The notes under the pieces were generated by a model. That model saw nothing but the letters and a program-made list of their open reading frames with translations. It was not told the origin of the DNA and made no database searches. From assembly GCA_964579435.1 (NCBI GenBank), contig CAZOGI010000001.1, positions 157,907 through 221,906 of the forward strand: a DNA stretch of 64,000 nt, read 5' to 3'. Source of the DNA: an uncultured Planctomycetales bacterium. GTDB lineage: Bacteria; Omnitrophota; Gorgyraeia; Gygaellales; Profunditerraquicolaceae. Position 1 is the first letter of the stretch. Every line of letters starts with the position of its first letter. Position numbers and translations under genes: made by a program. Positions 45,595 to 59,200 of the stretch are shown one piece after another.

Positions 45595-45688
45595 AATCAA
45601 ACGATTTTAAAATACCTGTCCTTTTTAGCCTGACAAAATCTTTCCACAGAGTTATTCAGTTTGTTGATAAACTGTGGATTCTGTGCAC

Positions 45689-47038
45689 ATGAACACACAA
45701 GACCTTTCTCTTATATGGAATACCGTCCGGGATACGCTGCGGGAAAAGCTCGGCGAGACGGTCTTTGAAACCTGGATAGCGCCCCTCCAGTGCAAAAACC
45801 AGTCGAAAGAGACGGTAACCATTGAAGCCCCCGATATATTTTTCTGCGAATGGATAGAGAAACACTACAAACTTGCTCTTTCACAAGCCTTCGGAAGCGT
45901 CACCAAAAGCCAACCTTCGGTCCTCCTGGAGGTAAGCGGGCAGACGCCACGACCGACCATCCCAGCGCCGGAAACCGCGCCGGCACCTCCAGAGAGCGCC
46001 TTCGAGCCGCATGAACGCGCCGGGCTGAACCCCCGCTATACATTCGACAATTTCGTGATCGGACCTTCCAACCGCCATGCACACGCCTATTCCCTCGCCG
46101 TCGCCGAATCCCCGGCAAAGTCGTACAACCCCCTTTTCATCTACGGGGGAGTGGGGTTGGGCAAAACGCACCTGATGCAGGCGATCTGCCACCACATCCG
46201 GCAAAAAAACGGGCCGCAGACAAAGATCTGCTATACCTCATCGGAAAAATTCATGAATGAGTTGATTTTGGCGATCAAGGACCGCTCGACGCACGAGTTC
46301 CGGCAAAAGTATCGCGGCCTTGACGTGCTCGTGATCGACGACGTACATTTCTTTGCCGGCCGGGAGGCAACCCAGGAAGAGTTCTTTCACACCTTCAACG
46401 CGCTCTACGACGAACACAAACAGATCATCATGTCTTCCGACCGTCCACCCCGGGAAATCGCCAACTTACAGGATCGCCTGGTATCTCGTTTCGGTTGGGG
46501 GCTGGCCACGGATATCCAGCCGCCCGACATGGAAACGCGCGTGGCGATACTCAAGAAAAAGATCGAGCGCGAACCCGTCCAGGTCCCCGACGATGTTTTG
46601 TTCTTTATCGCTCAACTTATCCGCACCAATATCCGCGAACTGGAAGGTGCCCTGGTCCGTACGATCGCGTATGCGCTGCTCGAAGAAGAGCCGATCACGC
46701 TGGGGTTGGCAAAACATGTTTTAAAGGATCTCCTCAAAGAACCCAAAAAATTGATCACTGTCGACTTTATTCAACGCTGTGTCGCCGAAGAATTCGGGAT
46801 ATCTCTCTACGACCTCAAAACGAAGCGCCGCACCCGCACCATTGTATTGCCGCGACAGATCGCCATGTATTTGAGCCGGGAGTTGACCGATTTATCTTTT
46901 CCGGAAATTGGCGGTTTTTTTGGGGGGAAAGACCATACGACGGTTTTGCATGCGTGTAACAAAATCAAGGAAGTGGTACGTACGGATGAGGTTTTACAAA
47001 GGCAAATTGAACACATTATCACGGTTATTAAACAATGA
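45689..47038 (+). CDS. dnaA: chromosomal replication initiator DnaA
   Basis: AAA+ Walker A GGVGLGKTHL, box VII, C-terminal helix-turn-helix (TIVLPRQIAMYLSRELT). ATG at 45689, alternative GTG at 45674. Confidence 0.95.
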   Translation: MNTQDLSLIWNTVRDTLREKLGETVFETWIAPLQCKNQSKETVTIEAPDIFFCEWIEKHYKLALSQAFGSVTKSQPSVLLEVSGQTPRPTIPAPETAPAPPESAFEPHERAGLNPRYTFDNFVIGPSNRHAHAYSLAVAESPAKSYNPLFIYGGVGLGKTHLMQAICHHIRQKNGPQTKICYTSSEKFMNELILAIKDRSTHEFRQKYRGLDVLVIDDVHFFAGREATQEEFFHTFNALYDEHKQIIMSSDRPPREIANLQDRLVSRFGWGLATDIQPPDMETRVAILKKKIEREPVQVPDDVLFFIAQLIRTNIRELEGALVRTIAYALLEEEPITLGLAKHVLKDLLKEPKKLITVDFIQRCVAEEFGISLYDLKTKRRTRTIVLPRQIAMYLSRELTDLSFPEIGGFFGGKDHTTVLHACNKIKEVVRTDEVLQRQIEHIITVIKQ

Positions 47039-47182
47039 TTGCAGGGGGTATACACAGTCCTTTTTTGTGGTAACTTTTTTAATAGGTGTGAGATCGGAGG
47101 TTTTAAACAGGAATGTAACCGCATTACTATAATACGATTACTATTTTTTTAAAATTACTTATTAATAGTAGAAAAGGAGTGG
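47039..47182. other. AT-rich dnaA-dnaN intergenic region, candidate DNA-unwinding element of oriC
   Basis: About 75% AT over about 120 nt, against about 63% GC overall. Contains the near-consensus DnaA box GTATACACA and T/A tracts. The strand switch of all genes lies about 1.5 kb upstream. Confidence 0.5.
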
Positions 47183-47185
47183 TTG

Positions 47186-48277
47186 ATGAAAATTAAGGCG
47201 AACAAAGAACAATTACTAACCGGAATTCAAACGGTATTAAATGTCATCAGTCCAAAATCTGCTTTACCAATTCTTTCTAATATACTCTTGGAGACGCAAA
47301 CCGATACACTGCGTTTAACCGCCACAGATCTTGATATTGGTATAAGCTGTGAAATAGCGGTGAATAACCAGGAGTCAGGGTCAATAACCGTTCCGGCCAA
47401 GCGATTTTATGAAATTATCCGGGAGTTGCCTGCGGATGAGGCAGTTATTACCTCGAAAAAGAATAATCAGGTCCATATAGAAACGACGACCTGTCAATTT
47501 AAAATTATGGGCCTGGCGCGGGAAGAATTCCCCCGACTCCCGGAATTTAAAGACCGCAATGTTGTTTCTTTGGATCAGGATTTAATGAAACACATGCTTC
47601 ACCTGACCGCTTTTGCCGTATCAAACGATGAGTCGCGGTATATCCTCAATGGGATCTTGGTGCAACTTTCAAAAAACACCGTGAGTATGGTGGCAACCGA
47701 CGGAAAGCGGCTGGCGGTGATTGAGCAAAAGACAAAGAAGGGGAGCGAAAAACCCATTTCTTTTATCGTTCCCAGCAAAACCATTCAGGAGCTCAACCGT
47801 AATTTGGGTGACACCGGGGAGGTATCGTTTATTTTGGGGAACAACCAGGTGCTGTTCGACCTGGGCAAGGTGATCATTATTTCCCGCCTCATAGAAGGGG
47901 AATTCCCCGATTATAAACAGGTTATGCCGCCGGCATCGGAGCAGAAGATTAAGGTGGATCGCGAGGCGCTTCTCTTGGCGGTACGCCGCGCGGCGCTCTT
48001 GTCGACGGTCGATTACCAGGCGGTGAAGTGGGAGGTGTTCAAGAATAAACTGGTTATTTCCAAGTCGACCCCGGATATCGGGGAGTCGCGGGAAGAGTTG
48101 GCCGTCGACTATGCCGGGAAGGAGATGATCATCGGTTTTAATCCGAATTATCTGACCGATGTTTTGAAGAATCTGCAGCATCAACTCGTCGAATTCGAGG
48201 TGACGGACAGCGAAAAACCGGGCGTGGTGCGGACCGACGGGTATACGTATATCGTTCTACCGATGCGTCTCGGATAG
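47186..48277 (+). CDS. dnaN: DNA polymerase III beta sliding clamp
   Basis: MKIKANKEQLLTGIQTVLNVI and three clamp domains. ATG at 47186 after AAAGGAG. The track's TTG at 47183 is less likely. Confidence 0.95.
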   Translation: MKIKANKEQLLTGIQTVLNVISPKSALPILSNILLETQTDTLRLTATDLDIGISCEIAVNNQESGSITVPAKRFYEIIRELPADEAVITSKKNNQVHIETTTCQFKIMGLAREEFPRLPEFKDRNVVSLDQDLMKHMLHLTAFAVSNDESRYILNGILVQLSKNTVSMVATDGKRLAVIEQKTKKGSEKPISFIVPSKTIQELNRNLGDTGEVSFILGNNQVLFDLGKVIIISRLIEGEFPDYKQVMPPASEQKIKVDREALLLAVRRAALLSTVDYQAVKWEVFKNKLVISKSTPDIGESREELAVDYAGKEMIIGFNPNYLTDVLKNLQHQLVEFEVTDSEKPGVVRTDGYTYIVLPMRLG

Positions 48278-48285
48278 GGCGTCGC

Positions 48286-51025
<2,740 letters not shown>

Positions 51026-51028
51026 CCC

Positions 51029-53461
51029 ATGTATACACGCAACGAGAAGACCGTTCCGGTTTATATCGAAGACGAGGTTAAGGATTCGTATTTGAATTAT
51101 GCCATGAGCGTCATCGTGGGGCGCGCATTGCCCGATGTACGCGACGGCCTCAAGCCGGTCCACCGCCGGATTCTCTTTGCGATGCAGGACCTGGGGCTGG
51201 AGCACTCCAAGCCCTACAAGAAATGCGCCCGCATCGTCGGTGAAGTGCTGGGCAAGTACCACCCGCACGGCGATGTTGCCGTGTACGATACCCTGGTGCG
51301 GCTCGCCCAGGATTTCTCCCTGCGCTATCCGCTCGTGGAAGGGCAGGGGAACTTCGGCTCACTCGACGGAGACGCGGCCGCGGCGATGCGCTATACCGAG
51401 GCGCGCCTGGCGGCGATCGCCGACGAAATGCTGGGGGATATCGATAAAGAGACGGTGAATTTCGGGCCGAACTTCGATGCCTCCCTGAAAGAGCCGCTCC
51501 TGCTTCCGGCCGCCCTGCCCAATCTCCTGGTCAACGGCTCCAGCGGTATTGCCGTCGGGATGGCCACCAACATCCCTCCCCACAACCTCAACGAAGTTGC
51601 GGAGGCGGTCGTCCATCTCCTGGACCATCCTGAAGCCGACGTCAAAGAGCTGATGCGTCTCCTTAAGGGGCCTGATTTTCCGACGGGCGGCATTATCTGC
51701 GGCAAGGAGGGTATCCGCGACGCCTACACCACCGGCAGGGGAAAGCTGACGGTCCGCGCGCGCGCGACGGTTGAGCATCAGAAGAACGGCAAAGACCTGA
51801 TCGTGGTCACCGAAATTCCGTACCAGGTTCAGAAGTCCTCGATCATCGAGGCGATCGCGCAACTGGTGGATGACAAGAAGGTCGAAGGCATATCCGACCT
51901 GCGGGATGAGTCGGATAAGGACGGCATGCGCATCGTCGTGGAGCTCAAGCGCGACGTCGACTCCCAAATCGTGCTCAACCAGCTTTTCAAGCACACCCAG
52001 CTGGAGACGACGTTCGGCATTATCCTCCTGGCGCTGGTCGATAACCGCCCGCGGGTGCTGACCGTGCGCCAGATCCTGGAGCATTATATCGCGCACCGCA
52101 AGGTCATTATCCGCCGGCGCACGCAGTTTGAGCTCGACAAGGCGCTGCGGCGAGCGCATATCTTGGAGGGTCTCAAGATCGCCCTTCAGTTTATCGACCG
52201 CATCATTAAGACGATCAAGACCTCCAAAAATACGGAAGAGGCGCGGGTGCGGCTGATGAAGGAGTTCGGGCTCTCCGAGATTCAAGCCCAGGCGATCCTG
52301 GAGATGCAATTGCAGCGTCTGACCGCGCTTGAGCGCGACAAAATAGACGCGGAGTACGCGGAACTCCTGAAGAAGATCGAGTGGTGCCGCGCGATTTTGG
52401 CTTCGGAGAAGCGGGTTGAGGGCATCATTAAGGAAGAGCTGGAGAATCTGAAGAAAAAGTACGGCGACCAGCGCCGCACCGACATCGTCGCAGCGGTGGC
52501 CGATCTGGAGATCGAGGATTTGATCGCCGAGGAAGACGTCGTCGTGACCATCAGCCACGGCGGCTACATCAAGCGCCTGCCGGTCAGTTCCTACCGCAAA
52601 CAGAAACGGGGCGGGCGGGGGGTGATGGGGGCAGAGGTGCGGGACGAGGATTTTGTCGAGCACCTGTTTGTGGCCTCGACCAAGGATTACCTGTTGATCT
52701 TTACCGACAAAGGCAAGGTGCATTGGCTGAAGGTGTACGAGATCCCCCAGGCGGCTCGCGCCTCCAAGGGCAAGGCGATCGTGAATCTGGTCGCCATGGA
52801 GGCCGGGGCCAAGATCAGCTCGACGATCCCGGTGAAGGAGTTCGCGCAAGACCGGTTTCTGGTCATGGTGACCCGTCAGGGGCTGGTCAAAAAGACGCAG
52901 TTGTCGGCGTACAGCAATCCCCGCAAAGGCGGGATCATCAGCATGACCCTGGAGGCGGATGACGAATTGATCGGCGTGCAGCTGACCGACGGCCAGCAGG
53001 AGCTTTTGATCGGGACCGCCCAGGGCAAGGCCATTCATTTCCCCGAGGCGAAGGTGCGCGATATGGGCCGCGGGGCACGCGGGGTGCGCGCGATTTCGCT
53101 GGAAAAGAAAGACGCGGTTATCGACCTGGTCCTGGCCCAGCCGCAGACGACGATCCTGACGGTGACCGATCTGGGGTTTGCCAAACGAACTCCCGTCGAG
53201 GAGTACCGGTTGACGAGCCGCGGCGGCAAGGGTATCATCAACCTGCGCGTGACCGATAAGAACGGGAACGCCGTAAGCCTCAAGACCGTCTCCGATAAAG
53301 ACGAGTTGATGGTCATCACCCAGAACGGTATTTTCCTGCGCTGTGCCGTCAAGGATATTCGAACCACCGGCCGTTCCTCGTTAGGGGTGCGCCTGATTAA
53401 GCTGCAAGACAAAGACCGCGTTTCCTGTATTGCGCCGGTTATCGCGGAAGACGAAGAATAG
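51029..53461 (+). CDS. gyrA: DNA gyrase subunit A
   Basis: Active-site Tyr region [11 protein letters not shown]-terminal beta-pinwheel repeats. 810 aa. Confidence 0.95.
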   Translation: MYTRNEKTVPVYIEDEVKDSYLNYAMSVIVGRALPDVRDGLKPVHRRILFAMQDLGLEHSKPYKKCARIVGEVLGKYHPHGDVAVYDTLVRLAQDFSLRYPLVEGQGNFGSLDGDAAAAMRYTEARLAAIADEMLGDIDKETVNFGPNFDASLKEPLLLPAALPNLLVNGSSGIAVGMATNIPPHNLNEVAEAVVHLLDHPEADVKELMRLLKGPDFPTGGIICGKEGIRDAYTTGRGKLTVRARATVEHQKNGKDLIVVTEIPYQVQKSSIIEAIAQLVDDKKVEGISDLRDESDKDGMRIVVELKRDVDSQIVLNQLFKHTQLETTFGIILLALVDNRPRVLTVRQILEHYIAHRKVIIRRRTQFELDKALRRAHILEGLKIALQFIDRIIKTIKTSKNTEEARVRLMKEFGLSEIQAQAILEMQLQRLTALERDKIDAEYAELLKKIEWCRAILASEKRVEGIIKEELENLKKKYGDQRRTDIVAAVADLEIEDLIAEEDVVVTISHGGYIKRLPVSSYRKQKRGGRGVMGAEVRDEDFVEHLFVASTKDYLLIFTDKGKVHWLKVYEIPQAARASKGKAIVNLVAMEAGAKISSTIPVKEFAQDRFLVMVTRQGLVKKTQLSAYSNPRKGGIISMTLEADDELIGVQLTDGQQELLIGTAQGKAIHFPEAKVRDMGRGARGVRAISLEKKDAVIDLVLAQPQTTILTVTDLGFAKRTPVEEYRLTSRGGKGIINLRVTDKNGNAVSLKTVSDKDELMVITQNGIFLRCAVKDIRTTGRSSLGVRLIKLQDKDRVSCIAPVIAEDEE

Positions 53462-53466
53462 ATCGC

Positions 53467-53541
53467 GTCCCCATCGTCTAGCCTGGTCTAGGACAAGAGC
53501 TTTTCAAGCTCTCGACCGGGGTTCAAATCCCCGTGGGGACA
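53467..53541 (+). tRNA. tRNA-Glu (anticodon TTC), no CCA encoded
   Basis: GTCCCCATCGTCTAGCCTGGTCTAGGACAAGAGCTTTTCAAGCTCTCGACCGGGGTTCAAATCCCCGTGGGGACA. Acceptor GTCCCCA/TGGGGAC. Confidence 0.85.
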
Positions 53542-53590
53542 GGAATTGTTTTGCCGCCGGCCCGGCATTCTGGCCAAGAAAGGTGTTGGC

Positions 53591-55429
53591 GTGTGCGGAA
53601 TAATCGGATATAGCGGGAAACGCCCTGCTCAGCCGATACTCCTCAGCGGGCTGAAGCGGCTTGAATACCGCGGGTACGATTCAAGCGGCATGGCGCTGGT
53701 GACGCCGCTGCCGGCGCCGCACATCTGCATGCGCAAGGCCGCAGGTAAAATCGCCGCACTGGAAGAGGCGCTGCACAAAAAACCGCTCCACGGCACCGCC
53801 GGGATAGCCCACACCCGCTGGGCAACCCACGGTGCGCCGACGTACGCCAACGCCCATCCCCACGCCGATTGTTCCGGATCCCTCGCCCTGGTCCATAACG
53901 GCATCATCGAGAATCACGAAGAGCTGAAGGCGCGCCTGATCAAGGCCGGGCACCGTTTCACCAGCCAGACCGATACGGAAGTGATCGCGCATCTCATCGA
54001 ATCGTTCTACGCTCCCCGGGTCTGCCTCGCCGAGGCGGTACGCAAGGCAAGCCTGCTTTTGCACGGGTCGTTTGCCCTGGGGGTTATCTCGGCGCGCGAG
54101 CCCGGGGTTATCGTCGGGATGCGTGCGGGCAGTCCGTTGATCGTCGGCGTCGGCAAGGGGGAGAATTTTATCGCCTCCGACGTGCCGGCGGTGTTAGAGG
54201 CGACGCGGGAGATTATTTTTCTGGAAGAGAACGAATCGGTGGTCTTGACGGCTCAGGAGATCCGCATCTGCGAGCGCACGGGCAAACCGCTGCGTAAGCG
54301 CACGACCCGGATCGACTGGAACAGCGCGCAGGCCCAGAAGGGCGGGTACCGCCATTTCATGCTCAAGGAGATAAACGAGCAGCCCCGGATCCTTTCCGAT
54401 CTCATTCGCCTGCATTGCGCAAAACGCGGCGTTGTCTTTGAGCGGCTCAATATCGCCGAGTCGCGCTTGCGCTCGATCCGCTCAATTGCCATCGTTGCCT
54501 GCGGCACGGCGTATCATGCGGGTGTCGTCGGGAAGTATGCCCTCGAGTCGCTCTGTCGGCTGCCGACGGCGGTCGATGTATCGAGCGAGTTCCGCTATCG
54601 AACGCTCCTGATTGGCCCGCAGACACTCGTCCTGGCGGTCTCCCAGTCGGGAGAAACGGCTGATACGCTGGCGGGGGTCAGGGAGGCCAAGCGGCTCGGG
54701 GCGCCGGTTGTCGCCATCTGTAACGTCCTGGGCTCGACCCTGACGCGCGAAGCCGACGGGGTAATTTATACTCACGCCGGCCCCGAGATCGGCGTCGCAT
54801 CGACGAAGGCCTATACCGCTCAGCTTGTCGCGTTTTATCTGTTCACGCTCTACCTGGCGCACCTGCGCGGCGGCATGCGCGCTTCCCGGATGGCGCTGCT
54901 TTTGCAGAAGCTCCGGCAGATACCGGAGCTGCAGCGGCACATCCTTAAGGATCAGGAGCGCATCGCCCGCCTGGCGCGCAGCCATTCGCACTTCGGGTCA
55001 TTCCTTTTCCTGGGGCGCAACATCAATTTCCCCTCTGCCCTCGAGGGCGCCCTGAAGCTTAAGGAGATATCCTACATCCCCGCGGAAGGGTATGCGGCCG
55101 GGGAGATGAAGCACGGGCCGATCGCGCTGATTGACGAATACCGTGCCGTTGTCTGCATTGCCCCCGCAGCAGAAACGTACGAAAAGATGATCTCCAATAT
55201 CCAGGAAATTCGCAGCCGTAAAGGCAAGATCATTGCCATTGCCACTGCCCGCGACACGGCGATCACCGCCCTTACCGAGGAGATCATTTCCCTCCCCGCA
55301 ACCGAAGAGCTTTTTTCGCCGCTGCTGGTGGCGCTTCCGCTGCAGCTGTTGGCGTACCATATCGCCGTGAAGCGCGGCTGCGATGTCGACCAGCCGCGTA
55401 ATCTTGCCAAGTCAGTTACCGTCGAATAA
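53591..55429 (+). CDS. glmS: glutamine--fructose-6-phosphate aminotransferase (GTG start)
   Basis: Catalytic Cys must be residue 2 (CGIIGY), so translation starts at GTG 53591. Two SIS domains and C-terminal ...KSVTVE follow. Confidence 0.9.
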   Translation: MCGIIGYSGKRPAQPILLSGLKRLEYRGYDSSGMALVTPLPAPHICMRKAAGKIAALEEALHKKPLHGTAGIAHTRWATHGAPTYANAHPHADCSGSLALVHNGIIENHEELKARLIKAGHRFTSQTDTEVIAHLIESFYAPRVCLAEAVRKASLLLHGSFALGVISAREPGVIVGMRAGSPLIVGVGKGENFIASDVPAVLEATREIIFLEENESVVLTAQEIRICERTGKPLRKRTTRIDWNSAQAQKGGYRHFMLKEINEQPRILSDLIRLHCAKRGVVFERLNIAESRLRSIRSIAIVACGTAYHAGVVGKYALESLCRLPTAVDVSSEFRYRTLLIGPQTLVLAVSQSGETADTLAGVREAKRLGAPVVAICNVLGSTLTREADGVIYTHAGPEIGVASTKAYTAQLVAFYLFTLYLAHLRGGMRASRMALLLQKLRQIPELQRHILKDQERIARLARSHSHFGSFLFLGRNINFPSALEGALKLKEISYIPAEGYAAGEMKHGPIALIDEYRAVVCIAPAAETYEKMISNIQEIRSRKGKIIAIATARDTAITALTEEIISLPATEELFSPLLVALPLQLLAYHIAVKRGCDVDQPRNLAKSVTVE

Positions 55430-55440
55430 GGCCCGTCGAG

Positions 55441-56097
55441 ATGCTGTATATCGTCTCCACCCCCATAGGCAACCTGAAGGATCTTTCCCTGCGCGCGCAG
55501 TCGGTTTTGCGAGCGGTGTTCCTGATCGCCTGTGAGGATACCCGCCACAGCCGGATCCTGCTGGAGGAATACGGTATCACGACGCCGACGACGAGTTATT
55601 TTCAGCACAACCGTTTCTCCAAGGGCGCGTATCTGCTGGATCTCTTAAAAGGGGGGAAGGATATCGCCCTGATCGCAGACGCCGGTACCCCGGGGATTCT
55701 CGATCCCGGATACCATCTGATCAATCTGGCGATCGACGCAGGCATTCCGGTAACGGCGATCCCCGGGCCGGTGGCATTGATCTGCGCGCTCGTGCTCTCC
55801 GGAAAACCGGCGCACCGTTTCTTGTTTGAAGGGTTCCTGCCGGTCAAGCAGGCAGCGCGGCGCAACCGGCTGATCGCGCTCAAAGGCATGGATACCACCA
55901 TCGTCTGTTACGAATCCTGCCACCGGATCCTCAAGACCCTCGATGACCTGGCGGCGGTATTTCCCGACCGCACGCTCGTCCTCTGCCGCGAGCTCACCAA
56001 GAAGTTCGAGGAAGTGCTGCGCGCAAAACCGCAGGAACTTTCCCGCCTCCTTCGGGAACGGCCGCGCCCCAAGGGAGAGTTTGTTCTGGTCATTTAA
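55441..56097 (+). CDS. rsmI: 16S rRNA (cytidine1402-2'-O)-methyltransferase
   Basis: MLYIVSTPIGNLKDLSLRA tetrapyrrole-methylase fold. Confidence 0.85.
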   Translation: MLYIVSTPIGNLKDLSLRAQSVLRAVFLIACEDTRHSRILLEEYGITTPTTSYFQHNRFSKGAYLLDLLKGGKDIALIADAGTPGILDPGYHLINLAIDAGIPVTAIPGPVALICALVLSGKPAHRFLFEGFLPVKQAARRNRLIALKGMDTTIVCYESCHRILKTLDDLAAVFPDRTLVLCRELTKKFEEVLRAKPQELSRLLRERPRPKGEFVLVI

Positions 56098-56284
56098 GCG
56101 CCAGAAACCGTTTTCGTTTTGCCGCCGTCGAGCCCTTGCATTTGCGCCTTCCCCGAGATACATTTTAAGTGCCATTTATACGGGTTGTTTTAGACAATGA
56201 TTCCTTCCGGCGTGGAGGGCGCCGGAGGGGGAGCCGGTTTGTGCCGGATCTGCCTTATGCAAAGGGTCAGGTCCGGCTTTCTTT

Positions 56285-59200
56285 TTGCCTATGCACACGA
56301 CCAGCGTGAAAAAGACAGCAACGTTCATCCTCGCAGGTATCCTGCTCTTTGCGCACTCCCTTGGTCCGCGCGCGCTCGAAGCGGCTGCTCTGTCTCCTGT
56401 GAGCGCCGAAACTGCCTGGTTGCCTCCAGGGAATGCCAGCGCCTCTTTGCGGGGACTTTCGTATGAGCAAGGGCAAAACTGCTTCCGTCTCCTGTTCGAG
56501 CGCGCCGCGATCGCGGGCATCGGCCCCGCTGAACTGGATTCCCTGACACGCCGGTTTCTGAATTATTTTTTCATCGCCCTGGCGCTTCCCGAAGAGTCGT
56601 TCTGGGTGAATCTGCGGCCGGATAAACCCGACGGCATTATCGATCCCGCGCTTGCGCAGACAGCGGTCGGCGCCATTCTCCTGGAGACCGACCTGTTGCT
56701 TAAACAGGATACTGCCCGCGCCACCGCGCCGGATACGGCATCGGGGAGGCTGTATTGGGAAAAGCTCTATCGCAAGGCGCAGGAGTTGTATGGTTCGGCG
56801 CAGGTCAGTATCCCCACGCTGTGCCGCCCTTGGATCGTGCCGGAGGAGATCGTCATGCGCATGACGGCGGGCAACGCGTACGTGTACAAGGCGACTTTGA
56901 AGGTGATGCTGGAGGAGGATTATATACAAGACACAAGTCACCTGTCACCAGACACCGGTGTGATGAGGCAGTATGCGTTCGCGGATGAGCGGGCGAAAGA
57001 GTTGAATGAGTACGCCGCACAACTGATGCGCGAACTGGTCGTGCCGGAGCTGACGCGCAAGGTGAACAACGGACGGGAGTACGCCGCCCTGCGGCAGGTC
57101 TATCAGGCGCTGATTCTGGCGCAGTGGTTCAAGCGGACGGTCCGTTCTGGCGGCGCGTTCGCGCCGCTGGTCAACGGCGGGGCCCCTTCGTCGTTGCGGC
57201 TGCGGTCGCCGCCGGATGTGCGCGGGTACTTCCGTGCGTACCAGCGGCTCGTCCGGCAGGGTGCGTATGATATGCGGGCCGGCGGTTATGCCGGGGGGGA
57301 GCGAGTGGCGCGCCGCTATTTTTCCGGGGGCATTGTCCTGCGCGCCGGACCCGCGATCGACGCGGGAGGCTTTTCCGGCACCAGCGCAACTTTTCCTCCC
57401 GCAGGAACCGCCGCCTTGACCGTCGAAGTGGAAGCGAGTATGTCCGCGCGGGAGGTCGGGCAACCGCAACGCATCGTTGCCGCTGTTGTCCAGCCGCAGG
57501 CCGATGCGGGGATAGCCAGCGACCACCATGCCGGCACGACGCGCGCGCAGCACCTGGCATTTCATCGCGGCGGAGATTTTGCCACGGTTTTGCGCTGGAT
57601 CGCACAAGAAGATCTGGGTCTGGTTGCCGGCAGCGACGGGTGGTTCGATCTGCGCCGGCGGTTACAGGAGGAGCCCCAGAGGCGCCTCGTTTTTGACGGT
57701 CTTGATCGGCGCGGGCAGAAACGGCATACCGAGCTGCGCCTGGAATCTGACGGCGCGCTGGTAGTGGTAGACAGCCGCCTGCGCAAGGACCATGCCGGGA
57801 GAGGCCAATTTGCAGTCTATGCGCGCAACGAAGGCAAGGTGGTGCATGAGCTCTCGGAGCTGCGGTCATGGGCGGCATATGCCCGGGATGAGCTGGGGAT
57901 CATCACTGCTGCCGAGATCAGGGACGGGAAGCTGGGGATACGGCTGCGCCGCTGGATGAACGGACTGGGCGAAGACGAAGCACGGGATTTTTCCGTCGGG
58001 TCGTTTGAGATCAGCCGCAGACAAAAGCGGATCCGGGAAAAAGCCGATACGTTCCATCGCGACGCGCTTATCGAAGAGTTCGTCTTTTGGGCAAAACGGC
58101 AGAGATTACTGGGCACGGCCCAGACGGCATGGGAGCAGCTCCAAGAGGTCTGCGCGCAGGCGGGCACGCGGCCGCAGGAGCTGTTCCGCAGGTACCGCGC
58201 GCAGGAAGGGGTTTTCGAAATCTCGCCCCTCATGCAGGCGCTCTTAACACAGACGGACTTGGCGAAGTACAACTTTTTCGGCCTCCTTTTTGTCACCCGC
58301 CAAAATCTGCTGTCGCCGCTTGCGGTGCGCATCGCCGCGAAAATGAGCACCTATCCTTTGGTCTATGATCCCGACGGGCTCATCGATATTGAGGTGCGCC
58401 TCGTGGAGTATCTGCGCGCGGCTTTGGCGGCAAACCAGGAGCTGTTGGGGCCAGAGGGGGTGCGGGAGTGTCTTGCCACCGCCGCTCCCGTGCTGAGCGG
58501 ATTCTATCCGCACATGCATCAGCATCCGCTGGCTTGGGTAAGCCGGTATACCCAGGCCGAAATGCGTATCCGCGTGCTGCTGGCGGTGCGTTCTCTTGAG
58601 GATCTGATTACGGACGGGCGGCTTCCCGAGGAGCTGATCGCTTATCTGCAGGAGATCGGCTCGCTTGATCCGCTCATCGCCTTGGCCGACGAAAAGCTCC
58701 TCGCCGATTTTGGGATGTCCCTCCCGGTCCGCATGCGCGCGTTGCGTCAGGAGTATCCGGATTTCGTGCGGCGGTACCGGCAGCGGCAGGCGCTGCTTCC
58801 GGAGCCGGAAGAGGCAGAGGAGGAATTTGATTTCATCATCGCTTCCTCTGGAGGCGCGCCGGAGGGGGAAGCCGCAGCATCAGCCGCTGCGCTGCGCAGC
58901 ATCCTTGCGCCGCATCTGCTGGTGCCCGTTGACCTGGAGTTGGTCCTGCAGGCTGTCGAGCGCTCTCCTCGCCGAGAGGCTGCGCTTCAGGCGGTCACCG
59001 TTCTGTGCCGGGAGTTCGTGCGCAATAAGGTTACCCCGATAGACAGCGCGTTGCTCTTGCGCAGCTGCGCCAAATCTTCCTCGTTGAGCGAGGCGGCGCG
59101 GCTCTTTGCCCAGCACCAGCGGTACCTGCGCGTACTGCGGCTGGACCCGCAGCAGCAGCCGGCGATCGTGCGCGCGATCGCCCTTTCGGCGCAACCGGCC

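Noticed and set aside
53542-53590. glmS ribozyme or riboswitch upstream of glmS
   Set aside because: Only about 50 nt separate tRNA-Glu from the glmS GTG start, too short for the glmS ribozyme of about 170 nt.
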